Shown here: in pieces, positions 38,314-53,235 of the stretch
How positions within the stretch are numbered: the stretch's first letter is position 1
Layout of the letters: each line of letters begins with the position of its first letter
DNA from: Octopus vulgaris
Lineage: Eukaryota
NCBI GenBank assembly: GCA_951406725.2
Contig: OX597823.1
Coordinates: forward strand, 84,568,001-84,632,000
Direction of reading: 5' to 3'
DNA: 64,000 nt
Made by a program: the position numbers and the translations under genes
The notes under the pieces: model-generated
The model's input: the letters and a program-made list of their open reading frames with translations, nothing else
What the model was told of the DNA's origin: nothing
Database searches by the model: none

Positions 38314-39566
38314 TATATAATAACAAAAGAAATACCTCGTTTATATTTCCACCTATTCAGTTTATTTCACTAGGAAATATTGTAAAGATGGAGTAGTTAA
38401 ATACATCTTGCTGTGATTTTTTCCTCTCACTCTCACCGTCTTTATTTTATATATAAAATTTTTTTTTCTTCCTATTTGTCCCTCATTGCTTCTAAACTAA
38501 CCACAACCCTGATGGGATCGTTTTTCGTTTCAGATTTACGTTTTCTTTTTTTAGAAACACCGGCTTAAGAAACAAATAGGATTTTTCTCCCCCTTTCTTT
38601 ATTGTAGTATGTAGAGACTCCAATTTGAATGCAGTAAACACATTCAAAAGATACTCAGTAATAATTCCATTATACTTGTGCCTGTTATTATTACACATTT
38701 AGAATTGGTATTCAAGAAATAGCTTATTTGTTTGTTGATATATCTGTTTTGCCAGTGGTTATTTCAATTATAGTATCAACTGATTGATACTATGTTATAT
38801 TTTAAATCTCTAAATAATAGATTTTATTTATTTCTGCATATTTAACCTAATCTAAATTTGTTGCCAACAAGACGCCGTGTGATAGAATTTTTTTTCTCCA
38901 TTTCCTTTATTATTTTTTTCCCTTAGCTGCGTGATGGAGTTGCTTGCTATCTTTTATAGGTTTGATCGTCGATATAAAATGAATAATAATAATGATAATA
39001 ATGATAGTAATAATAATAAAAAGCACAGACACACCATGAAAAAAAATCTAATATTGCAGCAAAAAAGAAATGGATAAAGAAGAATTAATAGCTTCCCCCT
39101 TAAAAGTTATAACAGCTTAAATAGTACAGAGATGTGTTGAATATTGGCGCTACACAAACGAAACAAAAATATTATTACAAATAATCAGCCGAATATCATT
39201 ATTTTGAATGTCTTTTATGTCGGCCATGAATAGCACAAGCATAGGCTAAAAAGTTGTAGCGAAGTTCACTGTTCGTTTTCTGCCTGCCAGTCAGCAGTGT
39301 TATCAAGAATTCTTCTTTATTGTGTTCAGAAATTTATTCTATTACTGAAAAATATCTAAAAGCAGAGAGCCCTAGCAGTAGAAAGATTCATGCATTTACA
39401 AGAACTACTGAAAGAAATTTCGAATATCGTAACATTCAAATGGAAAAAATAGTCTGGGAATAATCAAAAACAGATTCAAAGAAGCCTGTACATAATAACC
39501 ACAATCTATCCACCTCTGCTAGTCTGCTTCTCTGTCTGTTTCTTTATATTTCTACATAACTACAAA

Positions 39567-39671
<105 letters not shown>

Positions 39672-40364
39672 GCATTTGTCTCTCTATGTCTTCATTTATC
39701 TACCTAACCATCTCTATATCTATCTATTCTTCTGCCTATCTATTTATCCCTCTGTTTAACCATCTCTCTGTTTTCTCTCTCTCTCTGTCTCACTGCATCT
39801 ATCCATCTCTCTATATATCTAGTTAACCAGCTTGGTAACTATTTTTCTCTCTCTCTATTTATCTTGCTGTTTACCTACCTATCCGCCGGTTACCTACCTA
39901 TCTGCTGGTTCTCTCTCACTATTCACTCTCTCTCTCTCGATCCATCCATCTCCCTCTCTCTCTTCTCTCTCTCTTTCTATTTATCTATAATTCTTTTAGT
40001 GAATATTTGCTATCTATGTCACAATCACTCTTTCATATACACTATCTTTTACACACGCGCGCGCACAGACCCATAATAATGAGAGAGAGAGATGGAGATG
40101 AAGTGGGAGAGAGATGGAAAGGAGAGAGATAGATTGATAGATAGAGAGAGAGAGAGATGGAGAGGAAGAGTGAGAGGGAGATAGAGTAAGAGTGAGAGAT
40201 GGAGAGATAGAGGAAGAGGGAGAGATGGAGAGAAAGAAGGAGAGAGAGATAAAGGAAGATATATATATATAGAGAGAGAGATGGAGAAGAAGAGGGAGAG
40301 AGAGAGTGAGAGGAAGAGGGAGAGAAAGAGATAGAGGAAGAGAGAGATAAAGTGTGTCTGTATG

Positions 40365-40414
<50 letters not shown>

Positions 40415-42549
40415 AAATAAATAATTTGGGAAAACAAATTTCCAAATCAATCAGGTGTAACTCTTCAGCGTTATATGCATCTACAAATCGTACTTTGCGG
40501 GGTCTTATTTATCGTTTATTTATATATTTATCTATAAGTATACAAAGTATCTGATAAAAGTCAATATTCAGTTGAATTGATATGCGGGTATTCTATTTCA
40601 GATAATAGAAAAGTATCTAATGAGTGTATCTGACAGTAAACTCATGGTATCAGTTTGCACATCACGAAATACTAGTTAAAGGATATAACCAAAATTACCA
40701 ACTATATAATATACTTTATTAATTATATCATACTTTAGTTAATACTTATATTTATTAAATATGAAGGAACTACACGTGTTTCAGTATTGGAAGATTACAA
40801 TATATATATATATACATATACACAACTGCATACCCATATATACACATATATAAATACATATATGCAATCGTCAGATTTACAATTATTCCAACACATCTTC
40901 AGGTTCTATTTCAAAATATTATATATCTAATTTTCCATCCCTTTAAAAATAAGCAATACAATTAAACTATAAATATTGAAAATTACGAATATGTATATAT
41001 ATATACATATATATTTATATATGTACAAAGGGAGGGAGAGAGAGAGAGAGAGAGAGAAAAGAGAGAAAGAGAAAGACAGACGGAGAGAAACAGAGATAGA
41101 AAGACAATAAAGCAAATGAACAAATAAACACGCTTGGGTTTGATATATAAAATATGAATGTATATATTATATGTCATGCGCATGCGTGGCTATGTGTTTA
41201 TTTGCATCATTGTCTCCATATCTGCTCACCTGGAGTTCTCTTCACTCTGCGGCCATAGTCCTCGATAAAGTTTCCGGAACACAAATTGATATCATTTGGG
41301 CACAACTACAGTTTTCTATACTGAGCATCTTTGGATCTCACATGTATGTATGCATGTATGTATGTATGTATGTATGTATGTATGTATGTATGTATGTATG
41401 TATGTATGTATGTATGTATGTATGCATGTATGCATGTATGTATGTATGTATGTATGTATGTATGTATGTATGTATGTATGTATGCATGTATGTATGTATG
41501 TATGCATGTATGCATGTATGTATGTATGTATGTATGTATGTGTGTATGTATGTAAGTGCAGATTTCTACGTTTTATGTATGTATTCTCATGCATATTGTT
41601 GCATATCTAAACATGCTCATATATATATTTATATCATAAATTTCTGGAAATTTTTACAGATTTTTACAGTTCCATTAATGGAGTGGATCTGTAGTCTTCG
41701 AATTAGCTTTTTCCTTTTTGGTTTTCAGAAGCGCCTAATTTCTCAAGATTATATATTAGTGGAGATAAACGCACCAACACCGATGACGTGGGATTAGCAC
41801 AAGAACGAAGACGCTCATCCACAAGAGTAAGTTTATATATATATATATATATAAAGATATACACAAAATGGGCTACTTTGAGTTTCCGTCTACCAAATCC
41901 GCTCACAAGGTTTTAGTCGGTCCGAAGCTACAGTAGAAAAAAATTTGTCCAAGGTGACACGCAGTGGGACTGAACCCAGAGCCATCTGGTTGAGGAGCAA
42001 GCTTCCAACCACACAACATCACCTGCGCCTATCTATTTTCTCATTTTCTCTTTCTTAGTTTTCCAGTCATTGAACTGCAGCCATTCTTCTGCTCCATATT
42101 GAAATATTTAATCGATGAAATTTACCTCAGCACGTATCTTTTCAAACGTCTGGTATATATTGGTTTATTTTACTTTGCTGCTAAATTACGGGTTTGTAGA
42201 TAAATCAATAACGTTTTTTCAATCAAGCAGACACAGACATACACGCCTATATGACGAGCTTCCATACTATTTCTACCTACCAATTTCACTCACAAGCTAT
42301 CGTGGAAAACATTTATTTTACACAGTGGGGCTAAACCGTGAAACACGTCGAGTGAAAACATATCTTCATTCGCAGAATTCTCTATATAGAAACGAAATTT
42401 TTTTTTTTATAATTCGCTAAACTAAATTATGATTGTATACAATTGTACATACGCGCAAGTGTGGATTTTTGGTATAAAATTTTATACATATTAAACAAGC
42501 TTCTTTCAGTTTCCATTTACCAAATTCTCAAATAAGATATACATCTTAT

Positions 42550-42907
42550 AGGGGATAATGCAGTTTCGCATCTCTCCTTGAAAAATGCATTTTTCATGTG
42601 TTTTTCGGATTCCTACGTCTTAGATGTCGGAGATTACAAATATACAAAAAAAAAATTAATTTCACCGACCCCCACTTCATTTTAAAATCTTGAACTTTTT
42701 CCGAAATTTATATTTTTAACCACCTTTTCCAAATTTAAATTTTTCAAATTTCACCTCGTCTCTCCGGCGGACCTCTACACGGGGTTAAATCTAAAAAAAA
42801 TTTTTTGCATATTCATAATCTCCGACATCTAAAACGTAGGAATCCGAAAAAAAGTTTTACAAAAAAATGCATTTGTCAAGGAGAGGTGCGAAATTGTATT
42901 AGCCCCT
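42550..42907. mobile_element. MITE with ~110-bp terminal inverted repeats
   Basis: AGGGGATAATGCAGTTTCGCATCTCTCCTTGA..CGGATTCCTACGTCTTAGATGTCGGAGATTA is mirrored by TAATCTCCGACATCTAAAACGTAGGAATCCG..TCAAGGAGAGGTGCGAAATTGTATTAGCCCCT. No ORF. Confidence 0.85.
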
Positions 42908-43509
42908 TCTTATTTGCTCCGTATCAAAACACACACACAGTTACCACTTGTTTTGAAAACACTTGTTATTTTCGAGTGCTCCACCAAATTAAAAAAAAAC
43001 AAAAAAAGGACGAATGGAAAATTATGACAAAATAATTGCTTTCATAGAGTAATACGAGTCAATTTAAAGAATCGAGATAAACATGACTTGAAGAGTCACA
43101 CTGCAAAACCAAGCACATGTGTGTATATATGTGCATTTGTATGTATACGCATTCAGGAACACGCACATATTTGCTTTATATCTGATATAAAACTTCATAA
43201 AATATTCGTTTATGCTACTGTCATATATATATAAAAAAACCCATTATCTACTGCAAAGAGATTCTTTTCAAAGCTGTAACAAATTACCTGCATCAACAGA
43301 ATAATGTTTTTAGAATTAGAAGTAGAGTTAAGATTGAATTTACGGGGATGGTGACAAGTAATAGACGATATCAAAAAAGGAGGAAAACATAATCTTGATA
43401 AATACAGAACATACCAACTTCAGCTGCCGAATCGGATATATTTATCGTTTCATCACTAAACAACAGAAACACTCTATCTATATATCTATTTGTCTTTCAA
43501 TATCTGCCC

Positions 43510-43620
<111 letters not shown>

Positions 43621-44442
43621 CACACACATACATACACACACACACACAAAGAACGATATCGTTTTAATCTAAATAAAACCCATCACACAACTGGTATGTA
43701 GTGTTTAAATGTTTGTAGAAGTGTAAGGAGTATAATGGTAGTGAATATTTTTAGTGTTATTAGTCATTATTAGATCAATTCTGAAGTTTAAATTAAAAAC
43801 AAGGCATAATATTTAAAATTAATTACATCTCATCAGCGTGTTAAGGAAATAACTCGTATCTTTCAGAAAAATACAAATGGACGATGTTTAGCGCTGCACG
43901 AGTGTAATGTGTGCGAACATGAGTGTGCGTGTATTTATGCTGAAGCATATATAAAGACTAGGATGTTATTTCATTAGAAAAGCCATAGAAAAATGGGGAA
44001 GAGTGTTTTAAACGTAGGGCTTGTTAGTGAGCGTTTTAAATATTATATTAAAATTTAGACTTTAAAAATAGCAATAACAGATAGCATCTGAGATTAGTGG
44101 AATCTTATTTCTAAGCTAATTTCGTGAGGAAAACCCTAATGAATGACATTGTATTTCCTACAAGGAATGAACGGTACACACTTAAAAATACACATTCTTA
44201 TACATTAGGAGTTAATGAAGGTCTAAGACAGTTGAATCTCAAATAATAAATAATAATTTATAAACTTCATATTGTAAAAGAAACTGTTACTCACAGTAAA
44301 ATATTATAGAGTTGTTTTAGATATACTTCTAAGCAAAAGATTATTCTTAAATCTTTATTTAAGATCGGAATTATACGATTGATTAAGAATTATTGTGGTG
44401 CAAGGCTTCTGAAGCTAGGTGTTAAATATCTGTCTGTCCAGC

Positions 44443-44489
<47 letters not shown>

Positions 44490-44544
44490 GAGAGAGAAGC
44501 ATATATGCATATATATAGATGTATATATATATGTATATATATGT

Positions 44545-44586
<42 letters not shown>

Positions 44587-44597
44587 GTATATGTATA

Positions 44598-45817
44598 TAG
44601 GGTGGGGCAGAGATAGAGAGAGGACATTTTTTGTAAAATTCAAAAGATCATTAATTTTAGCTGCAAACAAATTTTACTGATATCAAATTGCTTGTATTGA
44701 ATTAGCATTTCCCAAAATTAAGTGTGGAAAACAATATCAATCATATGGTGTCCGTTTTCATTAATGCATTTCTGAAGGCTTTCTTGGAAGTTGACTTCCA
44801 CTGTCCCTAGTATTGCTCTTCCGATTTGGGCGAGTTCCACGTGAATAGCTTTCTTCAAATCGTTCAATGTGCAGGGCTTATATGCATACACACGTGCCTT
44901 GCGCTTACCCCACAAGAAATAATTACACATATGGCCAAATCAGGGGACCGAGGATGGGGACAAAGAATATCAGCAAATCTGAAAATGAGGCGGTCACCGA
45001 AGAGAGGGAGAAGAACGTCCTACGTTTCTCTACTTGTATGGACCGTCGCTCCAGCCTGCTGAAACAACACATGTCGAATAGGCATACGTTTTCGTCGGAA
45101 TTCAGGCAGAAAAAAGTTATCATCTCGATCTAACTCTCGGACTTCATAGTAATAGCATTTCCATTATTGCTTTCAAAAAAGTAAGGACCAATGACGGCAG
45201 CTTTCTCCAACAGCACACCAGACCGTCACTTTTGGATGTGCAGTGGTTTTTCATGCAGTTCTCTCGGATTTTCAAGAGCCCAATAAACACAGTTCTGTTG
45301 ATTCACCATGCCAATGAGATGAAAATAAACTTCATCATTCATTAACAAAATGAGGTTGTCATTTGCCTCAAAAATTGCTTCCATCTGACGTGCGAAGTTA
45401 GCCGCTGTGCATAGTACCATGGTTTCAACTGTTGCCCAATGACCGATTTGTACGTATGGAAATGCAAGATTATCCGGGGTCAGTATCGTTCGTGATGCCC
45501 CCACCAGTCTCCTATTCATTAGTGTACCTCGTATATGAAGTGCATTCACCCGACGTAAAATTGTGTTATGGGTGGCAATAAGCCTGATTTCGGTAATATA
45601 GAAATGGTGCCGAAACTCACACTGAACTGCTGTAACAGACTGTCTTAGGCAAACACGCGATACTCTACCGTCCACAGTGCCATGGCTTCACCTAAAAGAA
45701 AAGGAAAGGCTAAGACACCACGGACCAACTGGTACCTGGCCGACATATGTTACTCGCCCTGGGGCTCAGTAACGGCCATTTCAAAAACGTCCGTCCTCTC
45801 TGTTCTGCATTGTCGTA
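44598..45817 (-). mobile_element. Decayed Tc1/mariner-superfamily transposon, DD41D (rosa-type)-like, with degenerate TIRs
   Basis: Minus-strand motifs SVTAVQCEFRHHF, NDEVYFHLIGMVNQQNCVYWALENP..EKPLH, IGPYFFE, FQQAGATVHT, PRSPDL, YFLWG..KARVY..P.TL.DLK.AI, CINENGHH. About 41 residues between the positions of the second and third catalytic acids. TA dinucleotides at both ends. Confidence 0.85.
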
Positions 45818-46580
45818 TTTGTGAATTTGTAGATTATACCATTCTAAATCATATTATGAACTTTCAGCTAGAGTTTGAGTTATTCACAATTGCATGTGAC
45901 CGCGTGTGTGTATGTATAATTATAAGCATTGGCAGATATTACGCCGTATTGCAATTAGAAATTACTACAAAACAAATCTGAACATCTAAACACAAATCAG
46001 TACGTTTGTCAGATATACAGGTAAGGCAATATATAAGCAAAAAGGTTCTCTAATAATGGTTTACGCGGGAATAAATTGTTTAATGAAATGCTGTATATAT
46101 CATATTCTGTACAATGATCTCTCACTTGTTTCAATCATTAGATTGCGGCCATAAACACACTTCTAGCCATTTCACTATGTTGAGCCGTTAATTACGCTTT
46201 TTATTCCTCTCTCAATATTAAAAAAAAATATCTCTACGTTTTTTTAAAATCTTAATCTTTTCTGCCGAAGAGCATCGGCTCGAAACATAAACAAAATTCC
46301 GTTTTCTTGAGCGTTAAACTAACGCACTTGTTTATTGTTCCTTACACCTGTCTTCGTCTTTTGTGTTCTGTAAATTTGAACTATATACATATACATATAC
46401 ATACATACATTGTACCCTATTTTTTCGTTGTTTAAAAAAAATATGTCCATTTCCTCGGTTGTGTGTTTATGTTTTCGTTTCTCATTGTGTTCGACGTTTT
46501 TATGGTGTCCTGTACCCATATATGCATGTATATATAAATGTAGAGGTAGGTACGTACATATATGTATGTATATATGCATA

Positions 46581-46657
<77 letters not shown>

Positions 46658-46974
46658 TATATAGCATGTGTGAGTGTGTGTGTGTGTATGTGTGTGAATG
46701 TGTGTGCGCGTGTGTGTGTATCATTTTGTCTGTATTTGTCCCCATCACCGCATGGCAACCAGTGCTGGGTTGTTTATGAAGCCCTTAACTTATCAGTTCC
46801 GCAATAGAACCTGATAGAATATGTACACGTCTTCAATAAATTAAGTACAGGCGGCGATTCGTTCGACTAAAAAACTTCAAGGCAGTGCCCCAGTATGGTC
46901 GCAGTCCAATGACTGAAGCAAGAAATAAATATTAGACCCATGCACACTCACACACACACATACATTTCTTCTCC

Positions 46975-47058
<84 letters not shown>

Positions 47059-47216
47059 GTCATCATCACCGTCATCATCGTCATCATCACCATCATCATC
47101 ATCATCATCATCATCATTATCATCACATTCTTCTTCTTTTTCGTCTTCTTCTTCTTATTATTATCATTATTATTATTATTATTACTACTAATACTACTAC
47201 TACTGAGGCAGCAAAG

Positions 47217-47420
47217 GGCGGTGGTAAGGCAGAATCGTTAGCATGCAGGGAAAATGTTTAACGGCATTTCGTTCGTATTTACGCTAACTGTACAAATTTC
47301 GCTGAGGTCGACATTGCCTTTCATTCTTTCAGGGTTAAGAAACTAAGTACCAGTCGCGTACTGGCGCCGATGAAATTGACTATCCCCCCCAAAACTCCGG
47401 GCCTTGTGCCTAATAGAAAG
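47217..47420 (+). mobile_element. SINE family A monomer (tail type 1)
   Basis: GGCGGTGGTAAGGCAGAATCGTTAGC..GAGGTCGACATTGCCTTTCATTC..GGGCCTTGTGCCT, followed by (ATT)n. Similar monomers at about 57457-57643 (-), 60136-60327 (-) and, degenerate, 3598-3770 (-). Confidence 0.8.
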
Positions 47421-47421
47421 G

Positions 47422-47505
<84 letters not shown>

Positions 47506-47566
47506 GTTGTTGTTGTTGTTGTTGTAGTTTTTCGTGCTACGACTAATTGTAGAAACTGTAGAAGCT

Positions 47567-47621
<55 letters not shown>

Positions 47622-47750
47622 CAGTAGTATAAATATATTATATTTTGTGGGTATAGTCTTCATATCAACGAAAAAAATCTCAATAACAAAATTCAGGCAA
47701 AACGAAGGAGTCTAAGAAAAAGCAACTGAAAACATAATAGTTTGAAGAAT

Positions 47751-47841
<91 letters not shown>

Positions 47842-47886
47842 TTGATGAAGATGATGATGATGATGATGATGATGATGATAATAATA

Positions 47887-47973
<87 letters not shown>

Positions 47974-48024
47974 TTTATGAAGATGATGATGATGATGATG
48001 ATGATGATGATAATAATAATAGTA

Positions 48025-48083
<59 letters not shown>

Positions 48084-48488
48084 CATTGCGTGTAAGTTTG
48101 TTTATAGTTGGCAGGCTTTAAACTGGCAGAATAATTGTAAACTCATTTTTTTTAGTTGTTTTACTTTAAATGTTTATTCGTATTTGTTTTTGTTTGGTTT
48201 TCGATACAGACATCTAAGAAGTAAAAAAAGCAGCAACAAAATGGCGATGGGAAAGGCATGAGACGAAGGAAAGTAGTGCATTTAAACATTTTCATTTCAT
48301 TGTCATCGTTGGTAGCGTTGTTTTCTTCGTCGCCATCATGATAGTTTCCATGGGTATTATCATTATCATCATCGTCACCTTCATCCTCATCCTCCTCCTC
48401 ATCATCATCATCGTCGTCATCATCATCATCATCATCATCATCATCGTCGTCGTCGTCATCATCATCATCATCATCATCATCGTCGTTG

Positions 48489-48521
<33 letters not shown>

Positions 48522-48788
48522 CCATCATCTTCGTCCTCGTTCTCCTCCTCGCCCTCCTCGCCGTCCTCCTCCTCCTCAACATCATACTCCTCACTCTCTT
48601 CCTACTCCTCCTCTTCCTCTTCCTCATGATCATTGTCATGATCGTCGTCATCTTCATCAATATCAACATCTTCGTTGTCATCATCATCATCATGCTACAT
48701 ATCCTTTTTGTCCTCCTTCTTCATCTCCTCCTCCTCCTCCTCCTCATCATCATCATCGATATCTTCCTTCTTCTGATCCACGTTCTCT

Positions 48789-48821
<33 letters not shown>

Positions 48822-49042
48822 TCATACTCCTCACTCTCCTCCACCACCACCACCATCACCTCCTACTCCGACTCCACTTCCCCTTCCTCATGGTCATTGT
48901 CCTCATCGTTGTCATCTTCATCGATATCAACATCATCATCATCATGCTACACATCTACTTCGTCCTCCTTCTTATCCTCCGCCTCCTCCGCCCCCTCATC
49001 ATCATCCACATCCTCCTTCTTTTGATCCACATCCTCTTCAAT

Positions 49043-49089
<47 letters not shown>

Positions 49090-50566
49090 ACTCGTCACTC
49101 TCCTCCATCACCACCACATCCACTTCCTCTTCCTCATCATCATTGTCATCGTCGTCATCTTCATCAATATCAACATCCTCGTTGCCACCAATCATCATCA
49201 TCAGCAGCAGCATCCTTCTCATCCTCATCCCCTTCATTATCGTCCCTGTCCTCGTCATCGTCATCATCATCATTAACATCCTCATCATCACCATCATCAC
49301 CATCACCGTCGTCTCCCTCCTTCTCATATTCCTCTTCCTTCTCATCATCATCATCTTGACCATCATTGCCGCAGCTCCAGTAACAAACATCCCCCACCAC
49401 CAGCACTAACACCACCACAATCACAATCATCACCATGTCCCACTTTGTTTTCCTCCACTTCCTCCTCTTCCTCCTCCTCACCATCATCATCATTATCGCC
49501 GCCGTTACACCCACCACGGCGTGTGCGACGACGACGACGACGACGATGACGAATGCCTCAACCTTCAACCGCTCTCTTTGACCACCACCACCGACACCGC
49601 CACTCGCATCCAACCTCATGATGATGATGCTGCTGATGATGATGACAATCGCGATGACGATGACGACGACGATGATGATGATGGTGGTGACGATAATAAT
49701 GATGATGATGACGTTGATGATGATGATGATGATGACGATGATGATGAGGATTGTGGTGGTGGTAGTGGTAATGCTGCTGCTGCTGCACCTGATGATGACG
49801 ATGACGACGATGATGATGGCGAATGTGATGGTGCAGTTGGTGTCGACGACGATAGTATTAATGATGATGACGATGATGATGATATTTATCATCATCATCG
49901 TCATTTCACCACCACCACCACCACCACCACCACCACCACCACAAATACCACCATCACCATCATCGTGATCATCCACAAAATCATAACCATCACTGATACA
50001 ATGATAGTTAAGTTTCCATCAAATTCACAAACTTCTATTTTATATTCAACGTTTCGTTTCGACCACTCTTACTCATCTTTCACAACACCACTTCAAAGAC
50101 AGAGAAATATCATCATCACCACCACAACCGTCATCGTCATCACCATCACTATCACTATCCTCACCGTCATCATCATCAGCATCATCATCATCACCATCAT
50201 CACCACCACCACCACCATCATCATTATCACCTCCATTATCATCATCACCAGAATCGTCATAATCATCATAATCATCATCATCATCACCATCATCAGTATG
50301 GTTATTGTTGCTGTCTTTGTTGTTGTTTCCATTCTTCTTCTTCTTCTTCTTCTTCTTCTTCTTCTTCTTCTTCTTCTTCTTCTTCTTCTTCTTCTTCTTC
50401 GTCTTCTTCTTCTTTGTCTTCTTCATGTTCTTCTTCTTCTTCTTCTTCTTCTTCTTCTTCTTCTTCTTCGTCTTCTTCTTCGTCTTCTTCTTCGTCTTCT
50501 TCTTCTTGTTCTTCTTCTTGTTCTTCTTCTTGTTCTTCTTCATGTTCTTCTTCTTCGTCTTCTTCT

Positions 50567-50601
<35 letters not shown>

Positions 50602-50816
50602 TTCTTCTACTACTATTTCTTCTTCTTTTTCATCTTCTTCATCTTCATCTTCATTTTCTTCTTCTTATTATTATTATTATCACCATTTCACTATATGTAA
50701 CCCTCACCCCACACATACTTTATGCCTGTCTTTGTATTGTAGCCCTCATCCATCACCCTTGTGGCAAACAAATGAAATTATTATTATTATTATTATTATT
50801 ATCATTATTATTATTA

Positions 50817-50863
<47 letters not shown>

Positions 50864-50900
50864 ATTATTATTATCATTATTATCATTATTATTATTGTTG

Positions 50901-50953
<53 letters not shown>

Positions 50954-51035
50954 GTTATTATTATTATTATTATTATTATTGTTGTTGTTGTTATTATCAT
51001 TATTATTATTGTTGCTATTATTACTGTTATTATTT
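47422..51035. repeat. 3.6-kb compound trinucleotide field ((ATT), (TAG), (AAT), (CAT), (CCT), (GAT), (CTT))
   Basis: Seen directly. The 312-aa and 529-aa ORFs here are homopolymer read-throughs. Confidence 0.95.
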
Positions 51036-51948
51036 AAAAACAGTTCGTTTACCGTGAAAGAATTTTATCAAGAACATAGAAAGCCACTACCATTGTGTGG
51101 CATCCATTAGACATTTCTCTGATATTATTGGAATAATAATTTCCTTTCGAAAAACAGGAAAAAGATTTAATTCTGTGTTATACTTTAAAAAAATAAAAAC
51201 ATTTTTATAAAATACAGCTGCATTAAAAGCTAGAATATTTCAGATATAGTTAAGTTAAATAATTTGTTAGTTAATACGCGAGTCAATTTTGGATTTATTA
51301 CATATTATACAAAGACATTTTCAGGGTTTCTTTAACAATATCTTAGAAAACTGATTAGCAGCAGCAGCAGTGGCAGCAGCAGTAGTAATAGCAATACTCA
51401 TAGTAATGGAAGTAGTATTAATAGTAGTAGCATCAGCACTAGGCGTGGCTGTGTGGTAAGAAGCTTGCTTTCCAATATATGGTTCCAGGTTCAGGCCCAG
51501 CGCGTAGTGCCTTAGGTAAGTATATTTTACTATAACTTCGGTTCGACAAAAGCTTTGTGAGTGGATATGGTGGACGGAAACTGAAAAAAGCCCGGTGTGT
51601 GTATAAATATATATGTATGAGGAGACCACCTTCAGTCATGAATGACCATGGGATGGCACCTAGAAAGTGATCTACCGAGGGACAAGTCCGGGCATGGTTG
51701 TTTACGGAAGACTAGCAGTCGCCCATGTATACCAGCCCCCCTTCTTCACGTCACCAGTGTTGTCTCAAGGGAAATGCAAAGGCTGATACAGCTTGGCACC
51801 AGTGATGACGCAAATTATTTCTACAGCTGAGTGAACTGGAACAACGTGAAATAAAGTGTCTTGCACAAGAACACAACAACCTCACGATAGTAAGCTCGAC
51901 GCTCTCACCACTGAGTCATGCGCCTTCCCATATATGTATATAAATGTA

Positions 51949-51996
<48 letters not shown>

Positions 51997-52289
51997 CACA
52001 TATACACAGAGAGAGTGAGAGAGAGAGAGAGAAAGAGAGAAAGAGAGAGAGAGTGAGTGTGCGTGTGTGTGAGTGTGTGTATGTTTGTCACCCATGACCG
52101 TTTGACAACTGCTATTGGTGTGTCTACGTCCCGGTAAATAGCGGTTCGGCCAAAGAGACCGATGGAATAGGTATCGGGGTTTAAAAAATGTGTACTGGAG
52201 TCGATTCGTTCGACTGAAGTTCGTCAAGGAAGTGCCCTAGCATGGCCGCACTCAAATTATTGAAACCAGTAAAAGATAATAGATTAAAT

Positions 52290-52602
52290 TTTTTCTAGAG
52301 GACAAAGTATCATCATTGCACTTTTCTCCTCCTTTGTACGCCCACACCTCGAATACTGCTGCCCCTTGTGGTCTCCCCATACTTCTCAAGGATTGAATCA
52401 CCCCAGAGGGTACTCACTTAACGAATTGAAGGATGCCTTCAATCTTGATTACTGGGATCGCCTTAAAGCCTTGAAACTCTACTCTCTCCAGCGCTGCCGC
52501 GAGCTGTACATCATTTGTACGATGTGGAAAATATACCGCCAGCATAGCCCAAACAACCTGAACATTAGTTTCAAGGTTCATCCAAAGCTGGGACCACGGG
52601 CG
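52290..52602 (+). mobile_element. CR1-type LINE RT C-terminal fragment
   Basis: ALFSSFVRPHLEYCCPLWSPH..LDYWDRLKALKLYSLQRCRELYIICTMWKI, i.e. the RPHLEY..WSP and Y..RL..L.L.SL..RR motifs. Confidence 0.88.
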
Positions 52603-53235
52603 AGAGAGAAAGAAACAGAGAGAGAGAGAGAGGGAGGAGACAGAAGGAGGCAAAGTTAGAGAGATATGAAGAGAGAAAAAGAGAAAGGAGAGAAGAGAGA
52701 GATATGGAAGATTAAGAGAGACAGACAAACGGAGAGATAGATAAAGAGAGAGTGAGAGAAGACAGAAATAGAGCGAGAGAAATACATAGAGAAGGAGAAA
52801 GAGACAAAGAGAGTGAGAGAGAGAGAGAGAACGAGAGAAAGAGAAAGAGAGAGAGAGTAATTGAGAGAGAGAGAGACCAACAGACAAAGAGATAGAGAGA
52901 AAGAGAGAGAGAATGACATAGAGAAAGAGAGATATAGACAAACAGACAGAGAGAAAGAATAAGGGAGACAGAAAGTGAGGGAAAGAGTTAGAGTATGTGT
53001 AAGACATAGAGAGAAGGGGCTGACAAACACTCAGATAGAAAGCCAGGAGAGAGAGAGAAAACATAGATAAGGGAAGAGATATAAACACACGGACAGATAG
53101 ATAGATAGATAGAGGGAGAGAGAGAGAGAGAGGAAGAGAGAGGGGGAGAGAGAGAGCGTGGCAGAGAGAGAATGACAAAGTAAAAGTGAGAGAGGGTGAG
53201 TGAGAGAGTGACTGAGGGAAAGAGAGAGGGGAAGA
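52600..53235. repeat. Degenerate (GA)n polypurine tract
   Basis: Seen directly; similar tracts at about 39530-40350. Confidence 0.9.

Noticed and set aside
39365-39455. Peptide LAVERFMHLQELLKEISNIVTFKWKK resembling a LINE ORF2 end
   Set aside because: Too short and degenerate to call without a search.
46263-46292. CCGAAGAGCATCGGCTCGAAAC, hammerhead-like
   Set aside because: Core is mutated and stems I and III are not recoverable. Probably a decayed Penelope terminal repeat, not counted as a ribozyme.
49521-51110. 529-aa ORF, and the 312-aa ORF at 48338-49276
   Set aside because: Entirely trinucleotide repeats giving poly-D/T/I/L runs, with no domain or codon structure.
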